This document shows positions 1 through 10,456 of a stretch of DNA of 64,000 nt, one piece after another; position 1 is the stretch's first letter, and the number at the start of each line of letters is the position of its first letter. The DNA comes from Diplonema japonicum. Lineage: Eukaryota > Protista > Euglenozoa: Diplonemea. The notes below the pieces were generated by a model, which did not search any database, was not told the origin of the DNA, and saw nothing but the letters and a program-made list of their open reading frames with translations. The DNA is taken from contig OZ025676.1 of assembly GCA_964019335.1 (NCBI GenBank), positions 186,001-250,000 of the forward strand, in the 5' to 3' direction. The translations under genes were made by a program, and so were the position numbers.

Positions 1-1220
1 CTCCATTATGCATACTCAGGGGTTTGCGCGCGTCATGTCCGGAAACCGGTTTGAGCTGTTCTTTGGAAACATATATCTGTGCAAGGACCCATCCCGGGAC
101 CCTGATCGAGATGAGATCAGCCCGGCATGACAAACTCTACAAGGCCCGCTGGCTGGTTGAAGCTGCGATGCAGCGTTGGGGAAAGGCCTCCCGGACTATC
201 AAGGAACGGGGGCAGGTGATGAAAAGGGGAAGTTCCGTGTGTTCCAACGAAACAGGCCCGGCATGCACTTTTTTTTTGTGGCAGGGCGGAAAGCTTGTGC
301 TTCTCCTGAGCGCACCCCCCTTTCAAGCCAAAGATGACCGCCACTCGTCAAAGATGGGTCGGCAAGGCAAAGAAAAAGTCCAGGGTCGCCTTTCCCATTC
401 CAAGGTCGTTGAAACCTACACCTCCCTTATGGGGGGTGTAGATGGGAACGACGCTGCCACCCAACGCAACACAAAGTAGTCCGGGTGGCAGATGAAAATA
501 TTAAGGTTCCTGCTTGACAAAAGCCTCTTCAACTGCTGGGTACTTGCGAAGAGCGTCAATTCCCCCATCAAGTTCAATGAACTGGAAGAATGCATCGCAC
601 ACGGCCTCTGTAAATGCATGGGCAAAGAACCTGCACCATCGAGACCACAAGACTCGAAGGATGTAAGGTTTGACCGCATCAAAGAGCATTTTCCTGCAAA
701 AATTAGCATAATAGGTGCGTAGTCCATCATTGCATGGGTCCCAGAAGGTCCTCTGGCTATGAATGTTCCACCTGTGGCAAGCGCCTCTATTCCACACCTT
801 GCTTTTGGCTTTACCACCTGAACGAGGACATCACCGAGGATGATCTTCAGGAGCCCGAAACACCGACAAGTACCAGAAACTCACTGATAGACCCCCGGAC
901 CCCCTCCACTGGCCAGAGAGGGGTGAAACGCAAGCTAAATGTGGGCTAGAATAGTGTTACAAGGGGTTTTTAGTGCATTTTATTATTATTTATTTTGCAC
1001 TTTTTTCTACTCTTCCCCCCCTTACCAAAAAGGTTTTGGGTCAAAAATCATAAGTTCAAAAGCCAGTTCAGGGGAACCCTGATACCTGAATGCCTCCAGA
1101 GGTCATTTCCCCATAAAAAGAACACTTTGTATGGTTAAATGCTGCCATTTTTTTGAATTTTTTGGAATCGCCTCAAAAATGGGCTTTTTTCGGTTTTTTG
1201 CCTGTGGGCTTAATGGTTAA
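1..1220 (+). mobile_element. Degenerate piggyBac-type DNA transposon, 3' part (left end is outside the window)
   Basis: ORF pieces 24-479, 492-722 and 734-949 carry piggyBac motifs: LWQGGKLVLLLS, YTSLMGGVDGND (third catalytic D region), FLLDKSLFNCW, and a C-terminal Cys-rich CSTCGKRLYSTPCFWLYH. They are broken by stops and frameshifts. Complex sequence ends at ...AATGG followed by TTAA (1217-1220), the piggyBac target site. Confidence 0.85.
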
Positions 1221-2779
1221 ATAAAAATAATAATAATAAATAAGGGAGGGGGAGAGAAAAAGGGGGGGGAAATGAAAAATATTTAAAAAAAAAAAAAAAA
1301 ACTGGCAAATTGCATGAGGGGCCCGAGCCTCCTCAAAGCTGTACCCTGGCGAAACGAAAAACAATAATAAAAAAGAAGGGGGGGGGGGAGAAATAGAGAG
1401 GGAGAAGAGATGGGTGGTGTAGTAATTATAATTGTAAAAGGTCCATTCTTTCTTTTTTCTTCCCGCCCTTTCTCTCAGATATTACTTTTTCCACCAAATC
1501 AATATTTCACTCTTAGCCCAGGAGACCTATAACGGCTTTGGCTTGAGCAAGAGATGACACGATAATCTGGAGGGTACCTATCGAAGTAAGAAGAGGCTGT
1601 GAGGGTGAAGCACACTTCTTCTTTTTTTTTTTAAATAAACTATTTGGGGACCGAAATAATGGTGGAAAAAATGGAAAAAAAAAAAGAAGACCCTTTTATC
1701 GAGATGACATAAAAAAAAAAAAACACAACCTTTCGCTACCAGTGTGAGCAAGAAAAAAGAAAAAGAAAAAAGAAAAGAGGAAGAAAAAAAAAGTCTTTGT
1801 AAACGAACGCCCCCTTCTGGGAGGCTTCCGACCTTTTTTTTTTTTTTTTTCGACACAACCCAGGCATACTGCCTCAGCCCAATTTGAAAAAAAAAAAAAA
1901 CTGTGTTTTGAGAAGAATGAGGAAAGCCTTGGTTTCCTGGTCACTCGTTTTTAAAAGGGGGGGGGACAAAATTAACTATTTTTTTATGGCCGAGATTGCT
2001 TCTGCTGATGATTCCTTCTCCATCACCTTTATTTGGCCTCCCCATCAAAACATGTTTACATCAGCCCAGTAACGATACCAAGTTTAAAAGCCTCTTTTTT
2101 TTTTCCCCAGGGGTACAGAAATGCGAGAAGTGAGGGCATTGAATCCTTGAGTATCACAACAGGTTTCCTCACCCCCCTTTTTTTCTTATCCTTCCCCCCC
2201 CCCCCCTTTGAAATTTTCTATAAAAAAACCCCCCCGAGTGATATCTTCTCTCGCTATTAAAAAAACCCCAAAGTATTGCCTTTTTTTACTAGATGAGCTT
2301 GGGAAGGGAAAGGGGGAAGAATAAAAAGGAAAGAGAAGGGAAAAAAAAAAAAAAAAAAAAAAACAAGGGAACGGGGGGATGACGAAGAAAATACAGAGAA
2401 GAGGTGAATAAGGAAGAACAGCAGGGTAAAGGGAGCAAATAAAGAGAAAGAGGAGGAGGAGGAGGGAGGGAAGAAGTAGATGGGGACAGGAGAGACTAGA
2501 GAATAGCACTCTTCTCTCCTTTTTTTTTCTTTTTTTTTTCCCCCCTGATAATTTTTTGTTTTGTTTCCCTTTTTTTTTTTTTTTTTCCTTGCTTTTGTTT
2601 GTGCTGGTTTTGGGGGGGTTATACGGGTTCTTATGGTACAAAAAAAAACAGGGACGGGGGGGATCAGGTGAAAAGTAGCTTTAAAAAAAAAAATAGAAAA
2701 AAAAAAAAGAAAAAAAAACCATGTACTACCACAATCCCCGCTCTTTACTTGTTAAATAAAAAAAAAAGGGGAAGAAGAA

Positions 2780-3812
2780 AAACGGGCATTTGTCAAATTC
2801 ACAATTACTATTTGGTGGCGCCTTCTACGGTCTTTAAAAAGCCTTTTTTTTTCCAAAGATTTCTTCCCCCCCCCAGAATAAAAAACTTTTGTCGAGCCAA
2901 AATATCTCAGCTCACACTTTAAAAAAAAAAATCTTTGTTTGATATCTATTAAAAACACTGCAATCATCACCTTTCGATCTCATTGCTTCTGCGCACCGGC
3001 TGTTCCGCGTTAAAAATTATATGTTAGCCTAAGTTAACAGGAGCATTTCCTTCTGGTGAGAAGATGTCACCCCCCCCCCCCCCCCCCCCATTCTTTCCCC
3101 TTTTCCATAGACAAATATCTGATGATAGAACTTTTTTTGTTTGCGTTTAAAAAAAAAAAGATCTTTTTTTTTTGTTTCCCCTCAAGGAGAGAGAGAGAGA
3201 GAGAGAGACACGTTATGGCTCGATAGAAGGAGCACAGGGGAATTCCTCCCCCTTTTATTTTCATTTTTTTTTTTCCAGTCGTCCAGTATTGTCTCCTTGT
3301 ATAACATCATATCTCTAAAAACCTGTACCTCATATTTCTAAAACCCGATGGCGGGAATTGTCGCGTGGAAGAAGAAAAAAAAATATTGCCTGGCGGTACA
3401 AAGCGGCTTTTTCTTTTGTACCCGAAGTGGCATTTTCTTTTTTTTTTTTGAGGCTCTTCCAAGAGAAAGTCCGTGGCGATGCAAAGATTCCCCGCACTTT
3501 GACGGGTTTTAGAGATATGAGGCGTAAAAAAAAAAAAAAAAATCTCAAAAGACCCGAAAGAAATCCTAACAGGGAGGGGAAGGGAAGGGAAGGGAAGGGG
3601 GGGGGGGGGGGGGGGGAAATATGGGTATAACATGGGCAGAAGAAGAGGCCTTTTATCGCATTCTCCAAACCTTTATTTAAAAAAAAAAAAATAATAATAA
3701 GGTAGGCAACAACAGACAATTTAAAAAAAAAACGCAAAGCTCGTGCATGCGAGTGTTGTTCCTCTCCCCCCCACACACGGCGAAAAAGCAAACGTAAAAG
3801 ACAGTTCTTGCA

Positions 3813-3845
<33 letters not shown>

Positions 3846-3925
3846 AGTACTGTAATCCTCTAAGATTTGCCCTTGAGAGAGCGTCACCGGAGATATTCCG
3901 GTAATAGTTAAGAGGTTACAAGGAA
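2780..3925 (+). pseudogene. Probable heavily decayed non-LTR reverse transcriptase fossil
   Basis: Islands between homopolymer runs translate, in RT motif order, to TGICQIHNYYL (~2782), LTGAFPS (~3034), SLYNIISLK (~3293), QSGFFFCTRS (3399), MGITWAEEEAFYRILQTFI (3621) and TGDIPVIVKRLQG (~3887). I could not find a YADD motif. Confidence 0.4.
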
Positions 3926-4182
3926 TGTGGCAAATAGAAGAAGAAGATAGAGCAAGAGAAGGGGGAGGGAAAAAAATGAACAACTGCCAGTTTTCTAACA
4001 GCACGTAGGAGGCATAATTAAAAAAAAAAGAAATTTGAGGAGGAAAAAAAAAAAAAAAAGGATTGTAAAAAGGAGCCACGAGAGAAGACTTGGCTGGGGC
4101 AATGGGGAGAGGGGAAAAAAAAAAGGAGGGGGGCAAAAATAGTAGTAAAGAAAACTTTCTCCGAAACCAGAAAGAAGAAAGA

Positions 4183-4218
4183 GAAGAAGAAGAAGAAGAA
4201 GAAGAAGAAGAAGAAGAA
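4183..4218 (+). repeat. (GAA)n microsatellite
   Basis: About 12 perfect GAA units read directly. Confidence 0.9.
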
Positions 4219-4842
4219 AGGTGAAGAGAGAGATTATTCCCTCTGGGAAAAATTTTTTTTTTGGGGACAATATTATAAAAAAGATTTTATTCTGAAACAA
4301 TTTCGCATCTCTGTAATAATAAACGAAAAAAAAAGGGGGGGGAAGGGGGAAAATCCCTAATTGTAAGGGTCTTTTTTTTTTTAATTCTATCTTGCACTGC
4401 TATACCTTTGTGTTTGAGAATGTGCTACAAAAAAAAAGGGGGGGGGGGGAAATAGAAACAGAAGGGTAGTAGGGAAAGGGGCGCGCGCGTGAAAGGGGGG
4501 TATTTCTTTATTTTTCTTTCCCCTCCTTTCTATTCTTTTTCTTTTTTAAAAACCTTTTTTTTTCGAGTCAGTTTTACGGGGTTTGGAAAAATATAATAAG
4601 GCGTACGGGAAAAAGGCCAGTGTCTGGAATTAATTTTTTCGAACTTTTGAAGAAAAAAAAAGATTTAAAAAAAGAGAGAAAAGAGGAACTGGCCATAATT
4701 TGTACGCGCCAACTCCTTCAGATGAATACCTTTGTTCGGGCAAGTCAAAGATTAGTTGCTGAAAGAGAAAAAAAAAAAAAAAAAACAAGGACTTTACCCA
4801 CTTTTTTCCTTACGAACATTTTCTCAGATCCGGCAAACAAAC

Positions 4843-4879
<37 letters not shown>

Positions 4880-5126
4880 CCAAGAAATGGAGAAACTACT
4901 TTAAAAAAGGAGGAAGAGAGTGAACAGGGAACCGAAGGACCTTTCGAAGAAAAGCCTCGACCAAAGGGGAAAAAAAAAAAAAACTTCTTTTTTCTTTTTA
5001 AAAAGCGAAAAAAAAGAGGGGGGGAAACTATCAAACCAAAGGTCTTTTTTAAAAAACAGCCCTTTGTTTTTCCCCCCTTTTCTTTTCTTTTTTTCTAAAC
5101 GTGTTCTACCAATTTTTTTCTGTTTC

Positions 5127-5158
<32 letters not shown>

Positions 5159-5361
5159 CGGTTTTAATTGATAGGTGGAGCAGAAGGGAAGGGAGAAAAG
5201 AAGACAGAAAAAAAAAGAGGAAGAAAAAAAAACTCCCCCAAGGTAGGCACTTTGTGAACCTGTGTGTTTTTCTTTTCCTTCCCACAAAAGAAGATTCTTC
5301 GAGTAGCAACCAAAAGAAACATAAGGAAACTTATACTTTGCAGCAATTTCCCCACCCAAAA

Positions 5362-5485
5362 CTGCACGAGCGCAGAATCTTGGTTACCCGGGGCGCCCCC
5401 CGTAATCAAAGTAGACTGCGCCTGTAGTTACTTATACACCGGGCGGTTTGTAAGCAACCAAAGTCATTTTTCTTTCTTTCTTTCT
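5362..5485 (+). repeat. Short interspersed repeat, copy 1 (internally deleted), with a T/TTTC tail
   Basis: Reverse-complement homolog of 30820-31025. Shared blocks are ATCTTGGTTACCCGGGGCGCCCC and GTAATCAA...GGCGGTTT(A/G)TAAGCAACCAAAGTCAT. Confidence 0.8.
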
Positions 5486-5699
5486 TTTTTTCTTTTTTTC
5501 TTTTTTTTTTTTTTTTAAATTTCCTCTTCTACTTTTCCCTCTCTCTTGTTCCCTTTCTTTTAAAGAATAGCAAAATAAAAAAAACGAAAAAAAATTATAT
5601 TTTTTTTTAGAGGGAAATAAAAAAGAAATCTTTTTTTCTTCCCCTGCCCTTGCAAAGGGGGGGGGGGGGGGGGGGGAGAAGGAGAGGGAAGAGAGAGGG

Positions 5700-5733
<34 letters not shown>

Positions 5734-5913
5734 AAGGCAGCGAGTTAGAGGAATGAGAATAGATATTTTTTTCATTTTTTTTTTTTCTTCCTCTCCCCTT
5801 CCAACCGCACGCCAATAAACAATCTCTCCCCTCCTCTCCCACCCCGGCCCCCTGACCCTCAAGGGGAGTGAGAATGGGAAGGAAAAAAAAAAAAAAAAAA
5901 AAAAAAAAGGAAA

Positions 5914-6505
5914 TTAAAACAAAGGTGCGGCGAGTTGCTTTGGGGCGGCAAAAGACATAATGGGGGACGGTGGGGGGGTTGAGAGAAGTTCCTTGAGAAA
6001 GTAAGAGGGATCGTATTCACAGTCGGCCGACTCGCCCTCGCTTTCACTGGACGAAATGCTACGCGCCTCCTGGTTTCGCCAGACATAAGAATCTGAAGAA
6101 ATATCATTCGGGAAGAACACAGAGTGCTCATCGCACTGAGGCGAGTGTACGTAATACCCCTTGTAGTACATGGCGTCCACGCTGTTGACATGCCTGTCAG
6201 CGTCCTCCTCTGTGAGGAACTGCACGTAGGCGTGGACCATCCCGTTGTAACCCTTGTCGTTTCTCTTCTTTGTTTTGGGGTTCACCGCAATGAGGTCGAT
6301 CCTGTCCATCGAGTACCGCAGGTCAGACATCTGCACGATCTCCCTTGCCTCGTCCAGGGTTAGTGTTCGCTTGTCTTTGATCGACAGAATCAGTACGCGC
6401 GAGCGACGGATCTCCTTTTTGAACGCAAGCCTTCTGTTGATGGACAGGCTGTGCATAGCCTGGGGGTTCACCTCACCAGTGAAGTACACACGGTTTTTGT
6501 GCCTG

Positions 6506-6536
<31 letters not shown>

Positions 6537-6987
6537 TGTTGTAGCCCAGGGCTACATCGATAAAAAAGCAAAAGGCTGATAAAGGACTATATATTCCTCT
6601 AAAGCGAACATTGTCGCAAGCAATATCAACAATTACCAAATGTCTGCCCCCCCCCCCCCCCCCCACCCCCCAAAAAAAAGCTGACCCGCGTGAGAAAAAC
6701 AGCAGTGTAGACATAATTTGTTGGCAATAAATAGTAATTTTTTTTTTTCCCCCATACAAAAATCTCTCGATGACTGTGCAGTCACCTGTTCCGAGTTTTT
6801 TCTTGAATTCTTTGATCGACTCGTTGGCATGGAGGACAGCAACGAAGCAGTCGACAGTGTCCCCCCACTGCTTTTCGGGCTTCGTGGTCATTCGGGGCAT
6901 GGCCACTGCCGATGCCATATTAGTCGGTGCAGCAGTGAGGTTTGTGGGTGCGGGACCGACTGCGGTGGGCGGGAAGCTGCGCCTCAT
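5914..6987 (-). CDS. RRM-like RNA-binding protein, 272 aa; join(6987..6758, 6502..5914)
   Basis: ATG at 6987. A GTATG...ACAG intron at 6503-6757 joins IERFL to HKNRV. RNP1-like HAYVQFLTEEDA, then an acidic/Ser-rich tail. The ORF-track extension 5' of 6987 is homopolymer noise. Confidence 0.7.
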
Positions 6988-7423
6988 ATTTCGTGTTTTT
7001 TTTTTTTTTTTTTCTTTTATTCCCTTTTTTTCTTTATTTGATTGAAATAAAAAAAAAAAAAAAAAACTGAAGAATTTTGAAACTGAAGAATATAATTGAG
7101 ACGAAAAAAAAAAAAAAAAGGGGGAAAAAAGAAAAAGAAAAAAAAGAGAAAAAGGGGGGTGGACACGGTCCCCCCTTTTCCATCTTCCCCCTTTCATCTT
7201 TTCGGAAAAGGAGAGAAACAAATAACAAAATAAAAAACAAATCGGAGAGAGAGAGTTTTTTTTTTATTCTCCTTTTTTTTTTTTCTTCCAACTTTTTTCG
7301 AAAGGAAAAGGAGAGGTGGAAAAAAAAAAGTGAAGGGTGAGGGGACGGGCGGGCAGAAAACCAACAATTTTCAAAATAAAAAATGGGATTTTGCTCGGGC
7401 ACAAGTTGCATATAGTCATAAAG

Positions 7424-7468
<45 letters not shown>

Positions 7469-7628
7469 AGAAAAGATAAATATTTGTAACAAAAAAAAAA
7501 AATAAAAAAAAAAAAAAAACCCCTGTGCCATCCTAAAAAGAATGTTCCAATGTATTCGTCTATTTGTAATGGGTAAAAAAAATAATTGTTGTTTTTCCTG
7601 CCCCCCGCCCTCAATTCTTTCTTAATAT

Positions 7629-10040
7629 TCATCCTTCCTTGATAATCTCCTGCAACCTATCAAGGACCTCCCGAGCAGTGGGACGAAGGTGGTAATCAGG
7701 CGTCAAACACGACAGCAACACAGAAGTAACATTTTCAGAATAGTGTTCCGAAAGCTCCTTCCGAATAACCTCCGGAAGCCCCTTAGGATCCCTCAGAACA
7801 TCTGAAAACATAACACGAGTGTTATGCACATCCGCCCTCCTCTCACAGGCGGCGTACATAATACACCCCAAGGCCCATACATCAACTTCAGTACCATACT
7901 TACGCTCCCAACACTCAGGAGCGACATAAGGAAGAGAACCGGCTTGGGTATTACAATATGTTTGTTCTATGTGACGTGCTAGGCCGAAATCGGTGACGAC
8001 AATTTCTGTCCTGCAATCTTTCATAAGTATGTTTTCCGGTTTAAGATCACGGTGTACTACTGGAGGCGACGTTCCGTGGATCAGAGCTAACACTTCACAG
8101 ATTTGACGTGATATGGACAGGATGAGGCTTTCCCCTATGATAGATCCTCGAGATTCGTGTTCCGAGATAAATTTTCGAAGGTCGCCTTCCTTGTAATATT
8201 CCATAACGATGGATACGTACCGCGGGCATTGGCGTTTTATTATCTCGTCTTGAAGCGCTGTTTTTTCGGTAGCCTCGCCTTCCTCTGCCCAGTTCATGAA
8301 TATTTCAACGATGCGGACGACGTGGGGTGAGGATTGGAACCCTTTCAACACGTTAAACTCCTGCATCGCCTCGTCCCGTTCATGATCGCTGGAGCAGGTT
8401 ATATACTTCATGGCGTAGTTTAGGTTCGTAGCGGTGTTCCTCACCAGATACACCACACCGTAGGAACCTGTACCTAGTTTTGATATCGGCTCGTAAAGCG
8501 TGCTTCCTTGTATCCCATCTGTCGTTCCCTTCTTCGACTCCTTTTTGTTCAACCACATGGCCGCCACCAACACCAACACCCCTACCGCGGTTCCTACTAT
8601 TATGAACCCCACAGTAGCATTGTTGCCGTTACCCGATGCTGGTGAAGGTGTGTCGGGGGAATTTGTTGTTATCGATGTTGGAGCTGGGGACGGTTGGATG
8701 GGTTTATCAGGCGAGATTGTGATGGGGTTTGATGAAAGCGGGATGAACGGTCCTCCAGACTGGGGTAAGACACATCCGGCACTTCCCATCTGACAATGAC
8801 CTAATGGGCATAGAACATTTGACACATCTGCCGTGTGGTCGGGGCAGACTCCGAGGGAGAAGCAAATGTACACAACACCGAAAGATATGTCCTCCAATGC
8901 GAACTTCACCTTGTCGCCGTAGAGCTCATCGGTTGTGCCGTCTAACCGGATGGAACAGTCGGGTGTTGTGGCAAGCCTTACCGAGTAGTATGGTTCTTTG
9001 ACGATTCCAACGAACGTCAGCTCGACAGGCTTACCTGCGACAGGTTTCACTGGGTAGCACGAAAACGCAGGCAGCGTGATCCCAGCGTCGATTTGCATTG
9101 CGGACTGAAGGACGGCTGATGTGTTGCTCCGATTCACACCGCCGATCGAGTAAAAAAGAACTCTTTGGTTCCCGTCCTGTCTGACGGAAGGGGCGTAGTG
9201 TAGTACCCCGTCACCGCTTGACCCGACAGAACTCATCGTGAATTGTTTTGAGAGGTTGCTCCAGATGCCTATGTTGACCGTGTTCGACACCACCCAGTCA
9301 ACCACGTAGAGGTAACCCCCTATTGCTTCCCCTGTTGGGTTCACCACTGGCGCGTACAGTTCCTGAGTGGTCTGCGACTGATGTGTCGCAATGTTGTAGA
9401 CAAGGAAGTCCCTTGTCCATGCCCCGTCACGCTGGCCGCCGATCGCGTACAGAGAAAAGGTGTCTGTCAGAAACAGATACGAGGTTGCGGTGGGTGCAAA
9501 CCCTTCCACTTTGGAAAAGGTGTTGTGTATAGGTTCCCAGCGCAACGTCACAGTGGGGGACGAGATGTAAAACTTGTTGCCGACAGCTTGGACCCTAGCG
9601 TTGATGTGGAGCGGCATTGTGGTTGTAATCGTCGTCCATTGTTTGGATGGCTGCTTTGTGGGGTCGAAGACGTACACGAGGTTTGAGTACTGGAGTGAGC
9701 TTGGTTCTATCGAACCAGAGACGAAGAGGAAGATGACGCCGTGCAAGGGTGCTGCGCACTGTTGGCCTACGACGGATTTAGGTGGGGTGTCGAACTGTTG
9801 CCATCCTTGGCCGCCTGAGGTGTGCAGTGCCCACACGCCCCCGCGGGTTTTGTTTTCCATGATGCCGCCCACCACGTACACGTACTCGCCCAAGGTCACG
9901 GCGCTTGCGTTGACCACTCCCCCTTGCTTCATGGTGGCGTCCCCTTCCACACGGCATATAGGGTTGTTCCCAGGCGGGCCTTGTCCACACTGCCCCGCCG
10001 CCCACCCCACCACTACCAGAATATTGACCCAACGTTGCAT
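7629..10040 (-). CDS. Receptor-like Ser/Thr kinase: signal peptide, Kelch repeats, single TM, NEK-like kinase
   Basis: Hydrophobic N-terminus. Kelch motifs YVYVVGG, LYAIGG, FYSIGG. TM VGFIIVGTAVGVLVLVAAMWL followed by NKK. Kinase motifs GTGSYG, AMK, HRDLKPEN, DFG, APE, DVWALG. First ATG is at 10040. Confidence 0.9.
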   Translation of the reverse strand: MQRWVNILVVVGWAAGQCGQGPPGNNPICRVEGDATMKQGGVVNASAVTLGEYVYVVGGIMENKTRGGVWALHTSGGQGWQQFDTPPKSVVGQQCAAPLHGVIFLFVSGSIEPSSLQYSNLVYVFDPTKQPSKQWTTITTTMPLHINARVQAVGNKFYISSPTVTLRWEPIHNTFSKVEGFAPTATSYLFLTDTFSLYAIGGQRDGAWTRDFLVYNIATHQSQTTQELYAPVVNPTGEAIGGYLYVVDWVVSNTVNIGIWSNLSKQFTMSSVGSSGDGVLHYAPSVRQDGNQRVLFYSIGGVNRSNTSAVLQSAMQIDAGITLPAFSCYPVKPVAGKPVELTFVGIVKEPYYSVRLATTPDCSIRLDGTTDELYGDKVKFALEDISFGVVYICFSLGVCPDHTADVSNVLCPLGHCQMGSAGCVLPQSGGPFIPLSSNPITISPDKPIQPSPAPTSITTNSPDTPSPASGNGNNATVGFIIVGTAVGVLVLVAAMWLNKKESKKGTTDGIQGSTLYEPISKLGTGSYGVVYLVRNTATNLNYAMKYITCSSDHERDEAMQEFNVLKGFQSSPHVVRIVEIFMNWAEEGEATEKTALQDEIIKRQCPRYVSIVMEYYKEGDLRKFISEHESRGSIIGESLILSISRQICEVLALIHGTSPPVVHRDLKPENILMKDCRTEIVVTDFGLARHIEQTYCNTQAGSLPYVAPECWERKYGTEVDVWALGCIMYAACERRADVHNTRVMFSDVLRDPKGLPEVIRKELSEHYSENVTSVLLSCLTPDYHLRPTAREVLDRLQEIIKEG

Positions 10041-10456
10041 TTTTGTCACGCCATCCTTTTATTTTGTTTTGTTAGGGGTTTTAAAGGGAGTTTAAAGATT
10101 AAAGGGGAAGGGGGGAAAAGGAAAAGGGGGAAAGCGGGGGTTAAGAACCAAAACAGGACACAAACAAAAACAGATATACTGTAAAACAAAAAAAAAAAAC
10201 AAAAAAAAGCCGAACGGACAAAAGCCGAACGGGACGTTTTTCCGCCCGGTATTTTTTTTTTCTTTTTTACAGTATTTTTTTTTTTTTTTTCTTTTCTTTT
10301 TTCTTTCTCCCCTTTCATGCACTTTTTTGCGAGTAAAGGCGACGCCACCCCGCTAAATAAAAAAAGAAGCAGCATGGAAATACCGCACACACAAAAAAAA
10401 AAAAAAAAAAAATAGTGGGAGCTTAGCTCCCCCCAGGTTCCTTTAGTTATCGAATT

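Noticed and set aside
2907-2970. Possible minus-strand C/D snoRNA (GTGATGA...CTGA)
   Set aside because: No terminal stem or recognisable rRNA guide, the interior is a T-run, and it overlaps the putative RT fossil.
1173-5862. Many ORF-track entries rich in K, F, G and P (also at 28.5-30.5 kb, 34.9-36.8 kb and 43.4-44.2 kb)
   Set aside because: They are translations of homopolymer runs, which lack stop codons; no protein motifs.
10046-10054. Minimal uORF (ATG GCG TGA) just before the receptor kinase ATG
   Set aside because: The transcript 5' end is unknown and such triplets arise easily by chance.
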